From Candidatus Sumerlaeia bacterium (GTDB lineage Bacteria > Sumerlaeota > Sumerlaeia > SLMS01), in contig JBBQYG010000078.1 of assembly GCA_038208905.1 (NCBI GenBank), positions 1-17,322 on the forward strand: a stretch of 17,322 nt of DNA, written 5' to 3'. Both the position numbers and the translations under genes were made by a program. Shown piece after piece: positions 6,064 through 14,310 of the stretch (its first letter is position 1; each line of letters starts with the position of its first letter). The notes beneath the pieces were generated by a model. That model was given only the letters and a program-made list of their open reading frames with translations. It was not told the DNA's origin and made no database searches.

Positions 6064-8204
6064 TCGGAAGTCGCCTTTCCTCCCAGCTTGTGGCCTGGTT
6101 CCTCACCATCGCCCTGGTTCCCGTGGCGCTGGTGGCCTTCATGACCTATCGCGTGGCCGAGTCAACGATTCAGCGGGAGGTGTCGCAGAATCTGGAGTCC
6201 TTGGCAAACCGCCACGCAGAGCGGATTGCCCTTTATTTCCGCGACCGCGACCGCGACGTTCTCTACCTCGCGCGGACTCCCGAGATCGTCAACGCCCTGG
6301 AGCGCGGCGCGGGTGACACCGCGCTTTCCGATTCGACTCTCTCCTTCATGAACGCCTTCGACTATCGCGAGGCGGTTGTCGTCTCGCGGGCGGGCATCGC
6401 CGTTTACGCGGCGGGCGGGGCCACGACCTCGGGCGAAAACCTGCGGTCGGCAGAGTTTGCCGAGACCGAACTGGCGAGGACCGTCGACCGCGCCGCGCGA
6501 ACGCTCGAGGTGGAGCTGTCGGACTACCGCATCGATTCACGCACCGGAGTGCCGAGTCTTTTCATCGCGGCGCCGGTCCTTCGCGAGGGGCGCCTGCTCG
6601 GCGTGGTCGCGCTCAAGATGGACTATCGCGACACCCTGCGCGTGGTCTCCGACAGCGCAGGCCTCGGCAACTCCGGTGAAACCATCGTCGCCATCCGCGA
6701 CGGCTCGGACGCCTTGATTGTGTCGCCGCTCCGCGACAATCCCGAGGCGGCATTCAAGACCCGCGTCTCGATCCAGGATCACCCCGACGCCCCACTGGTC
6801 GAGGCCGTTCAGGGACGCCGAGATGCGGGGTTTCGCGACGACTTCCGCGGCGTTCCCGTCTTCGCCGTATGGCGGTATCTCCCCTCGGTGCGCTGGGGAA
6901 TCGTGGTCAAGATCGACCGTGACGAGGTGCTGGGCACCGTGTCCCGGCTTCGGATGCTCTCGATCACCACGGCGATCGTGACGGCGGGAATCGTCTGCGC
7001 GATCGCGCTCCTGCTGGCCAGGTCCATCACCGATCCGATCAGCCAGCTTAGCGTCGCCGCACACCGCATCGCCGACGGGGACCTGGAAGGCGATATCCCG
7101 ATTTCCGGCAAGACCGAGATCGCCGATCTGGGACGTTCCTTCCGATCCATGGCGGTTCGGCTCAACGAAACCATCGGCGACCTTCGCCGCACCAGCGTCG
7201 AGCGCGAGCGCGCCGCCCGCGAGGCCCTCGACTATGCCCAGGAGTGCCAGTTGGCGGAGGCCCGGCTGGAGGAGTATTCCCACACGCTGGAGCAAAAGGT
7301 CGCCGAGCGCACCGCCGAGATCCGCGAGCGTAACCGCGATCTGGAGACCGCCATGGGTCAGGTCAAGCAGGCCCAGGACAAGCTCATCCTTCAGGAGAAG
7401 ATGGCCTCCCTCGGCCAACTCACCGCCGGCATCGCCCACGAGATCAAGAACCCCCTCAACTTCGTCACCAATCTCTCCACGCTCTCCCGCGATATCGCAG
7501 AAGAACTCCGCGAGCTGCTCAAGGCCCACGCCGCGGGCCTTCCACCAGACTTCCTACCGGAGGCCGAGGTTCTCATCGACGACATCGAGGAGAGCATGGA
7601 GAAGATCAACGAGCACGGCAAGCGCGCCGACAGCATCGTCCGCAACATGCTCCTGCATTCGCGCGGACGGGCGGGGGAGTGGACCAAGGTGGACCTGAAC
7701 GCGATGCTGCGCGAGTACGTCAACCTCGCCTTTCACGGCATCCGCGCCCGCGACAAGACTTTCAACCTCAAGATGGAGTACGAGTTGGAGGAGAACCTGG
7801 GACCCATCGAGGCCATTCCCCAGGACCTCAGCCGCGTGATCCTCAATATCGCCGCAAACGCCTGCTATGCCCTCAACAATTGCCGCCACCTGCGACCGGG
7901 CGGGTGGATGCCCACGATGCGCATCCGTTCCCGGTCGGACGGCAATCGCGTGGAGTTCCGAATCCGCGACAATGGCACCGGAATCGCCTCAAGCGACATT
8001 GACAAGATATTCCAGCCATTCTACACCACAAAGCCGCCGGGCGAGGGGACGGGCTTGGGCCTTTCCATTAGTTACGAAATCATCGTCACCAAGCACGGCG
8101 GAGAAATGCTGGTCTTCTCGGAGGAGGGCATCTTCTGCGAATTTGTGATGATCCTGCCCCGGAACTCACCGCAAGCTCGCAAGAACAGCAAAGAGGCGAC
8201 CTGA
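6060..8204 (+). CDS. Membrane sensor histidine kinase (TM, extracytoplasmic Cache-like domain, TM, HAMP, coiled coil, HisKA, HATPase)
   Basis: ATGA overlap with the upstream stop (6060-6063). TM1 LVAWFLTIALVPVALVAF and TM2 TAIVTAGIVCAIALLLA; HAMP ITDPISQL...EIADLGRSF; H box AGIAHEIKNPLN; N box VILNIAANA; G1 DNGTGI; F box FQPFYTTK; G2 GTGLGLS. Confidence 0.93.
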   Translation: MIGSRLSSQLVAWFLTIALVPVALVAFMTYRVAESTIQREVSQNLESLANRHAERIALYFRDRDRDVLYLARTPEIVNALERGAGDTALSDSTLSFMNAFDYREAVVVSRAGIAVYAAGGATTSGENLRSAEFAETELARTVDRAARTLEVELSDYRIDSRTGVPSLFIAAPVLREGRLLGVVALKMDYRDTLRVVSDSAGLGNSGETIVAIRDGSDALIVSPLRDNPEAAFKTRVSIQDHPDAPLVEAVQGRRDAGFRDDFRGVPVFAVWRYLPSVRWGIVVKIDRDEVLGTVSRLRMLSITTAIVTAGIVCAIALLLARSITDPISQLSVAAHRIADGDLEGDIPISGKTEIADLGRSFRSMAVRLNETIGDLRRTSVERERAAREALDYAQECQLAEARLEEYSHTLEQKVAERTAEIRERNRDLETAMGQVKQAQDKLILQEKMASLGQLTAGIAHEIKNPLNFVTNLSTLSRDIAEELRELLKAHAAGLPPDFLPEAEVLIDDIEESMEKINEHGKRADSIVRNMLLHSRGRAGEWTKVDLNAMLREYVNLAFHGIRARDKTFNLKMEYELEENLGPIEAIPQDLSRVILNIAANACYALNNCRHLRPGGWMPTMRIRSRSDGNRVEFRIRDNGTGIASSDIDKIFQPFYTTKPPGEGTGLGLSISYEIIVTKHGGEMLVFSEEGIFCEFVMILPRNSPQARKNSKEAT

Positions 8205-8233
8205 CGCATGATGGCCAACATAGGAACCCCGAT

Positions 8234-9424
8234 ATGATCGACACAGACACCAACGAGGCCGGACAGCCGGTCAGAATCCTGGTCGTGGACGACGAGCCGG
8301 ACCTCGAATTCCTGATCGTGCGCAAGTTCCGCCAGAAGATCAAGTCGGGCGAATACGAGTTCCTTTTCGCCCACAATGGCATCGAGGCGCTCGAGGTCCT
8401 TCAGAAGAACCGCGATGTGGACATGGTCCTCACGGACATCAACATGCCCGAGATGGACGGCCTCACGCTTCTCCTCCAGCTCAGCCACATGGACGTCCTC
8501 CTCAAGGCCGTAATTGTCTCCGCCTACGGCGATATGGAGAACATCCGCACGGCGATGAACCGCGGCGCCTTCGACTTCCTAACCAAGCCGATCGATTTCA
8601 ACGACCTGGAATTGACGATCGCGAAGACCATCGAGGAAGTCCGCGCGCTGCGCAAGTCCCTCCACAGCCAAGACCGCCTGCGTCAGCTCGAAAATGAACT
8701 TCAGGTCGCCCGCCGTGTTCAGGAGTCCATCCTCCCGCACATCTTCCCCGAGACCGGCACGTTCCGCATCTATGCGGAGATGATTCCCGCCAAGATGGTG
8801 GGCGGCGACTTCTACGACTTCTTCGCCCTGGACGAGAACCGCTTCGGATTCGTCGTCGCCGACGTCTCTGGAAAGGGCATCCCCGCGGCCTTTTTCATGG
8901 CCATCAGCCGCACGCTCTTCAAGACCACCGCCACACTGGGGCTCCCCACAAGCGAGTGCATGTTTCGCGTAAACCGCGTCCTCGCGCTGGAAAACAACCA
9001 GTGCATGTTCGTCACCGCATTCTATGGCGTGCTCGACATTCGGACGGGAGAGCTGGAGTACTGCGACGCGGGCCACAACACGCCATTCCTGCTCAAGGCC
9101 GACGGCGAAGTCGCGCTTTTGGAACGCCATGGCGGCATCGTGCTCGGCATCGTTCAGGATACGCCCTACGACTCCCACACGATCCAGCTCGCCCCGGGCG
9201 ACACGCTCTTCGTCTACACCGATGGCGTAACGGAAGCCTTTGACCCCGCCGAGAACCTGTTTACCATGGGGCGCTTGGATACGCTCCTGCGGAGCGAGAC
9301 CGACCGCGCGCCGCGCTCCATCGTGGCCAAGGTCTTCTCCGAGGTCTCTCTCCACGCAGCCGGACGTGACCAGTCCGACGACATTACATGTCTCGGCATT
9401 CAGTACCTTGGCGAGATGGACTAG
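8234..9424 (+). CDS. Response regulator with PP2C/SpoIIE (RsbU-like) serine phosphatase output domain
   Basis: Receiver domain: ILVVDDE, LTDINMPEMDG, SAYG, FLTKP. PP2C domain: VGGDFYD, VADVSGKGIPAA, YTDGVTEA, QSDDIT. AGGA RBS upstream. Confidence 0.93.
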   Translation: MIDTDTNEAGQPVRILVVDDEPDLEFLIVRKFRQKIKSGEYEFLFAHNGIEALEVLQKNRDVDMVLTDINMPEMDGLTLLLQLSHMDVLLKAVIVSAYGDMENIRTAMNRGAFDFLTKPIDFNDLELTIAKTIEEVRALRKSLHSQDRLRQLENELQVARRVQESILPHIFPETGTFRIYAEMIPAKMVGGDFYDFFALDENRFGFVVADVSGKGIPAAFFMAISRTLFKTTATLGLPTSECMFRVNRVLALENNQCMFVTAFYGVLDIRTGELEYCDAGHNTPFLLKADGEVALLERHGGIVLGIVQDTPYDSHTIQLAPGDTLFVYTDGVTEAFDPAENLFTMGRLDTLLRSETDRAPRSIVAKVFSEVSLHAAGRDQSDDITCLGIQYLGEMD

Positions 9425-9468
9425 GCCATGTACAGCGCACGATACCACTGGGGTGGAGAATCGCCGTC

Positions 9469-9810
9469 TTGAAAGTCCAACAGCGCGTCGTGAACAAGTG
9501 CCTCATCGTCGCACCCGCGGGATTCCTCGACGCTTCAGATGCGCCCGAGTTCCGCTCCGTGGTTGCCGTGGCGATGGAGAAGACACACGCCAAGCACCTG
9601 CTGGTGGACTGCGTGGACCTGCAGATGATCACCAGCTCCGGCCTGCAAGTCCTTCTGGTCACCATGCGCATGGCGCGCGAAAAGGGCGGCAGGGCGGCCC
9701 TGTGCCGCGTGAACCCGCCCATCCGCGAGGTGCTGAAGATCACCCGCCTGGACCAGTTCTTCGATTTTCACGAAGACGAGAGCGCCGCCGCCGCGCTCTT
9801 TACGGACTGA
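9469..9810 (+). CDS. STAS-domain anti-sigma factor antagonist (RsbV/SpoIIAA-like)
   Basis: GFLDAS...LLVDCVDLQMITSSGLQVLL...IREVLKITRLDQFF. GGAG at 9455-9458 precedes TTG at 9469, giving 113 aa, a typical STAS length. Confidence 0.88.
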   Translation: MKVQQRVVNKCLIVAPAGFLDASDAPEFRSVVAVAMEKTHAKHLLVDCVDLQMITSSGLQVLLVTMRMAREKGGRAALCRVNPPIREVLKITRLDQFFDFHEDESAAAALFTD

Positions 9811-11482
9811 CTGCGCTCGATTTGCGCGCGATCAAGTAGTAGTCTTGATATCCGAATAGCAGTTCGTTCAGCCGCTTGGCGTTGCGGGCTTCCACGCCGC
9901 TCCCCTCCACGGCCAACTGAATCCGCGAGTCCACCGGATTCACGCCCTTCCACTCCACATCCTGATAGCCGATCGTCTCGGCCACCAGTTGCAGAACCTC
10001 GGGATACACCAGGCGCTGGTGCGTCAAGTCCATGTGGAACCACCGGAGCGACATCAGCGTGTTGGGGTTGATCGTCTCCACCAGCACGAATCCGCCCGGC
10101 CGCAGGACGCGGTGGGCGCCCTTGAGGAAGAGCATCAGCTTTTCTGCCTCCAGGTGCTCCACGAACTGGAACGCCGTCACCGCGCTGAAGGATTTCTCCT
10201 CGGCGGTTTGCAGAAACTCCAGGGCATCGCCAAGCATGATCGGCACGCCATGGGATGCGCCGATGTTGACCATCGATTTGTTCATGTCCACGCCCTGGCA
10301 ATCCCAGCCAAGATGCATCACCTGCTGCAGGAAGATACCGTCGCCACAGGCCACGTCGAGGATGCGGGGCTTCTCTCCCATCAGGGCGGGAACCTCGTGC
10401 CACCTGCGGAGCAGCTCCACATAGGGGAGTTGGCGCTGTGCCAGCTCGTCGTCGTCGCCGCGGTACTGTCGCTGGAAACGCATGTACGCGAGCCCCATCA
10501 AATGGGGGAGCATGTTGCGTGTGCTGGCGTCGGCCCAGCGAGCGGACGGGCTGCGCGGATCTGATTCTTGCGCCGTCGGCGCGGGGGCCCCCTCCAGCGC
10601 GGCGGCGGCGCTCGCCTCGCGGCGAGCCGAAACCGGCGTGCCCACGCGCGTCTGAAGCGTCTCCAGCATTTCCTGGTGCAGGTTCATCTGCTCCGAGATC
10701 ACCAGCAGGCGCGCCTTGATCTCGCGGGAGAGGATGTTCACCCGCTCCAGCGACTCGCCGTGCTTGCCCAGCGTCTTGTCGCGCTCCTCAAGGCCCTTCC
10801 AGATGTCGTCGGAACGCTGGTCGAGGCTTGTGTAGAGGAGGTCTAGCTCCGTCCACAGGCTGGTCATCTCGTGCCGGGCCGATGCCACCTCGCCGTTGGA
10901 ATCGGCCTGCTGGGTGCGGATCTCGCCCATCGTCTCGGCCACCCCCTTGAGGTGATCGAGCATGTGGCCAAGGGAGCTGGTCACTTCGCCGATGTCGCGG
11001 TGGATCGTGTCGGCGTTGGCGTAGATGTGGGATAGGTGATCGGAGACGAGGAGCGACAGCCGCTTGAAGTCGCTGGCCTGGTCGCCCGTCTGGCCGAAGT
11101 TGCGGTTGTCCTTCTCCTCCAGCCGGATCACGTGCTCGCGAAGCTTCTCCAGATTGTAGGCGATGATGTTCAGGGCGTCCAGGGTGCGCTCGTTGAACAC
11201 CGTCTGGGGACCGGTGAAGATGCGCATCACGCGGTTGACCAGGCGCTTGAAGAACTCAAACGGGACGCCGGGGCGAACTTGGTCCACGTTCTTCATTTCC
11301 CGCATTTCCTTGAAGGCGTTCTTTTCAAGAACGACCGACACGGAGTTGTAGAGATCGCTGGGGCGCCCGTCGCGGGATGCGCCGCGCTCTGACGGCGACG
11401 GAAAGCCCTCGGCAAGCTCGCGCTGGGCCTTCAGGAGGTTCTCCACGTTTTCGACGATCTGCTTGGCGTCGCTATTCGGCAT
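9800..11482 (-). CDS. Class I SAM-dependent methyltransferase with long N-terminal coiled coil; likely surface-glycan (O-antigen/S-layer glycan) chain-end methyltransferase
   Basis: AAGGA RBS. Amphipathic FFKRLVNRVMRIFTGPQTVFN, about 180 aa of heptad-rich helix, YMRFQRQYRG, SAM motif I ILDVACGDG, FQFVEHL, HRVLRPGG, ETINP and FHMDLTH. Lies directly downstream of a glycosyltransferase on the same strand. Confidence 0.85.
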   Translation of the reverse strand: MPNSDAKQIVENVENLLKAQRELAEGFPSPSERGASRDGRPSDLYNSVSVVLEKNAFKEMREMKNVDQVRPGVPFEFFKRLVNRVMRIFTGPQTVFNERTLDALNIIAYNLEKLREHVIRLEEKDNRNFGQTGDQASDFKRLSLLVSDHLSHIYANADTIHRDIGEVTSSLGHMLDHLKGVAETMGEIRTQQADSNGEVASARHEMTSLWTELDLLYTSLDQRSDDIWKGLEERDKTLGKHGESLERVNILSREIKARLLVISEQMNLHQEMLETLQTRVGTPVSARREASAAAALEGAPAPTAQESDPRSPSARWADASTRNMLPHLMGLAYMRFQRQYRGDDDELAQRQLPYVELLRRWHEVPALMGEKPRILDVACGDGIFLQQVMHLGWDCQGVDMNKSMVNIGASHGVPIMLGDALEFLQTAEEKSFSAVTAFQFVEHLEAEKLMLFLKGAHRVLRPGGFVLVETINPNTLMSLRWFHMDLTHQRLVYPEVLQLVAETIGYQDVEWKGVNPVDSRIQLAVEGSGVEARNAKRLNELLFGYQDYYLIARKSSAVSP

Positions 11483-11566
11483 TCGTTGGTCCTTGGGTGG
11501 GTCAGGCCCGCGCGCGGTGGGCGAGAGTAAGGGCGGCGGCTCCGCGCCCGTCCAGCGTAAACTCCT

Positions 11567-14026
11567 TCATTCCCGGGCTCCCGCCATCGCCGGAACGTGG
11601 CCGTTCTCGGGGATGCCCAGGTCCTTCGCGATGAAGTCGATCATCTGGCGCAGGGTGATGCGCCAGTCATATCGCCGCTCCGCCAACAGGCGCGCCGCTT
11701 GGGAGAGCGCGGCCATCCGCACCGGGTCCGACAGCAGGGTGCGGAGCCCCTCGCTGAGTTCCTCCGCCTCCAGCAGCACGATGGACTTCAGCTCGGTCTC
11801 GTCCAGGCCGCGGGCGCCCACGGCGGTGGAAAGGATCGGCAGCCCCGCCGCCATATAGTCCATCATCTTCAGGCTCGTCCCCGAACCCGTAAGCATCGGG
11901 TTCAACGCGAAATCCGCCAGCGACAGCAGCGCGTTCTTGACCGGCGTGGATACGGGCCCCGTGAACAGGACGTTGCTCGGCAGCGGCTGCTTGTGGAACC
12001 AGCCGTTGACTGTGCCCACCAAGACGAACATCACGCGGGAGTGGATGCGGGAGAGCTTGTTGACGATGAATCGCGCGGCCTCGGCATTGGGTGGATGCCC
12101 GGAGCCGACGAAGATCGCCATGAACTCGCGGTTGATGCCGAGCTGCCGCCGTCGACGGCGACGCTCGTCCGTGGGAAGGAACCACGCCGCGTCCACATCC
12201 ACGCCGTTGGGGCACACGAAGGATCGCTTGTCGAGACCGGGCACCATCTCGCCCAGCTCGTGGCGGTTCGTCTCCGAGACGCAGAACGTCGCGACCGACC
12301 GCGAGGCGGAGCGGATCTCCGCGCGGCGAACGCTGGAGGCAAGCTGCCTGGCCAGAAAGGTCGCCGGATAGATCGCGTTCTTCAGGCTGAACTCGGTATT
12401 GTGGGAGTCGTAGTAGAGTCGGCTCATCCGCGACGCTACCACGTCCGACGTCGGCTGCATATACGGGTGGCTCAGCATCATCGCGTCGGCGAATCGCGAC
12501 TCGCGGCGCAAGACGCGCGCGTACCCCCGCGACAGCCACCGCGTCAGGAGCAGCGCCGTCACGTCGTCGGCGCCGCACTTCAGGCGATCCTTGAGGATCG
12601 CATCGGCCAGCTTGTGCAGCGCGCCGCGCGGCACGTTGATTTCCTCGATGCGCGGGTCAACTTGCCTGCGCTCCTCGCGGCCTGTCGTCTTCAGCGTCAG
12701 GATCGTGGAGCAGATTCCCTTCGCCGCCAGGTTCCGCGCCACGCTCTCGATGCGGACCTGGCCGCCCTGCTCCGCAGGCGTCACGGGATAGTCGTTGAGG
12801 ATCAGGACCCGCGGGCTCGTCTTCAGGTCGTAGGCTTGCGCCAGGTCCTCCGTGATCTTCTCCCAGGAATGCCGCTCCATCACGGTGCGGCGGGCCTCTG
12901 CGCCAAGCAGGCGCCTCAGAAGCCCCTCTTGCAGGACTTCCTCCAGCCCACGCGCGAGGCCATCCGGCGGCAGGATCATCGCGTTGCGGCGGTGCTCCAG
13001 ATCCAGCGCCTCGACGCCCTCCGGCGTGGAAACCACAGGTAGCCCCGCCGACATGTACTCGATCGTCTCCTGCCAGTTCTGCCGCTCGTGGACCATCGGG
13101 AGCACTGCGGCATCGGCGCAGTACAGCAAGCGCTTCTTCCGGTCGAAGTCCACCCACCCGGTCAGCTTCACGTTCGGAGGCAGTTCCTGCGATTCGTAGC
13201 GCGCGCCGATATGCCCCACCACCAGGAAGATCACGTGGGGGAGTTCCACCGCCAGGCTGTGAACGATCGCGTCCACCGCCATCTCGTTGGGATAGCTCGC
13301 GTCGCCATTGAAGATCACCACGCGGCGATCCAGCGGAAGCTTGAACATCGTGCGGCAAAAGTTCCGGACTTCCTCGTTGGGGCACGGCGGGATCGCTTGT
13401 GTGTTCACGCCGCCTGGAACGATTTCGATTCGGCTGAACTCGATGCCGTGGAGCTTGTGCAGCAGCCCCGCGTCCTCGTAGCATGTCGCCAGCACCATGT
13501 CCGCCCGGCACGCCGCCGCGCGCTCGATCGAGGCAACACGCGCCCGCGCCATCCGGCCGCGAACGCCCCGGCCAAAGAGCGCCTTCGCCGCCTGCGCCTC
13601 CACCATCTGCGCGCTGTACACCAGGAACTGGCGCTTCTTGCGGCGGCGGGGGAGAAGGTTGTGCAAGTATGGCCCCTCCAGCGACACAATGTCCGCCTCG
13701 GCCACTTGGCGCTCCAGCTCCTCGCGGAACCGCTTTTGCCGCCATGCCGCCATGGAGCACACCAGTCCGCTGCAATTGTCGAAGCCCGCCAGTGAATCCA
13801 GCCAGTCGTGACAGCGCTGGAAGAAGGGCGACTTGGGAAACCGCAACTCCCGCAGGCTGTCGCCATGCCGCCAGTCGGACTCCTCCGCCGTCGGCGCCGC
13901 CAAGCTCAGCAATGTCGTGTCAAAGTGCCGCGACAGCCCCCGAGTCAGGTGAAAGACGCGCTCCTCCCCCACCGACTCCGGAGGATTCGAGCAGGGGAAA
14001 TAGGAGATAGAGAGCAGCTTCTTCAA
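11567..14026 (-). CDS. Glycosyltransferase with two tandem GT-B (GT4-like) domains
   Basis: Domain 1 runs from KKLLSISYFP to EYMSAGLPVVST...SWEKI; domain 2 from RVLILNDYP...GGQVR to NPMLTGSGTSLKMMDYMAAGLPILST...YDWR. Likely TTG start at 14026 with GGAG 6 nt upstream; the 14308 start would overrun the divergent promoter region. Confidence 0.88.
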   Translation of the reverse strand: MKKLLSISYFPCSNPPESVGEERVFHLTRGLSRHFDTTLLSLAAPTAEESDWRHGDSLRELRFPKSPFFQRCHDWLDSLAGFDNCSGLVCSMAAWRQKRFREELERQVAEADIVSLEGPYLHNLLPRRRKKRQFLVYSAQMVEAQAAKALFGRGVRGRMARARVASIERAAACRADMVLATCYEDAGLLHKLHGIEFSRIEIVPGGVNTQAIPPCPNEEVRNFCRTMFKLPLDRRVVIFNGDASYPNEMAVDAIVHSLAVELPHVIFLVVGHIGARYESQELPPNVKLTGWVDFDRKKRLLYCADAAVLPMVHERQNWQETIEYMSAGLPVVSTPEGVEALDLEHRRNAMILPPDGLARGLEEVLQEGLLRRLLGAEARRTVMERHSWEKITEDLAQAYDLKTSPRVLILNDYPVTPAEQGGQVRIESVARNLAAKGICSTILTLKTTGREERRQVDPRIEEINVPRGALHKLADAILKDRLKCGADDVTALLLTRWLSRGYARVLRRESRFADAMMLSHPYMQPTSDVVASRMSRLYYDSHNTEFSLKNAIYPATFLARQLASSVRRAEIRSASRSVATFCVSETNRHELGEMVPGLDKRSFVCPNGVDVDAAWFLPTDERRRRRRQLGINREFMAIFVGSGHPPNAEAARFIVNKLSRIHSRVMFVLVGTVNGWFHKQPLPSNVLFTGPVSTPVKNALLSLADFALNPMLTGSGTSLKMMDYMAAGLPILSTAVGARGLDETELKSIVLLEAEELSEGLRTLLSDPVRMAALSQAARLLAERRYDWRITLRQMIDFIAKDLGIPENGHVPAMAGARE

Positions 14027-14310
14027 TCGGAACTCCGGGCACCCCTTGCCGCAGGGCAGCGACGAGGAGTAGCCGGGTGGGTCCACGTGGTGAAGGGAAA
14101 AGGCGGGCTTCTTCAGACGGATAGAATTTCCGGACTGACCCCTCGGCTCTTCTTCGATCGATCCAGCGCTTTTCTTGGATGCCTTTCTCTCCTCGCGCCG
14201 GATACGTATTCCATGCAACCGTTGGCACCTGCGTTTCGCTTTGACGCTCCCCCCGGCGGGCGAGGAGGAGTTTGCCCGTTTGGCGGTCCAAATACTCCAC
14301 AGAGGCAATC

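Noticed and set aside
14222-14240. Sigma-54 promoter upstream of gdhA (TTGGCAC...TTCGCT)
   Set aside because: GG-to-GC spacing is 12 nt rather than the strictly required 10.
14027-14310. Extended N-termini of the double GT (to 14308) and gdhA (from 14272), implying overlapping divergent genes
   Set aside because: Family-like sequence and RBS motifs start at 14026 (TTG) and 14311 (ATG); the interval is better read as a divergent promoter region.
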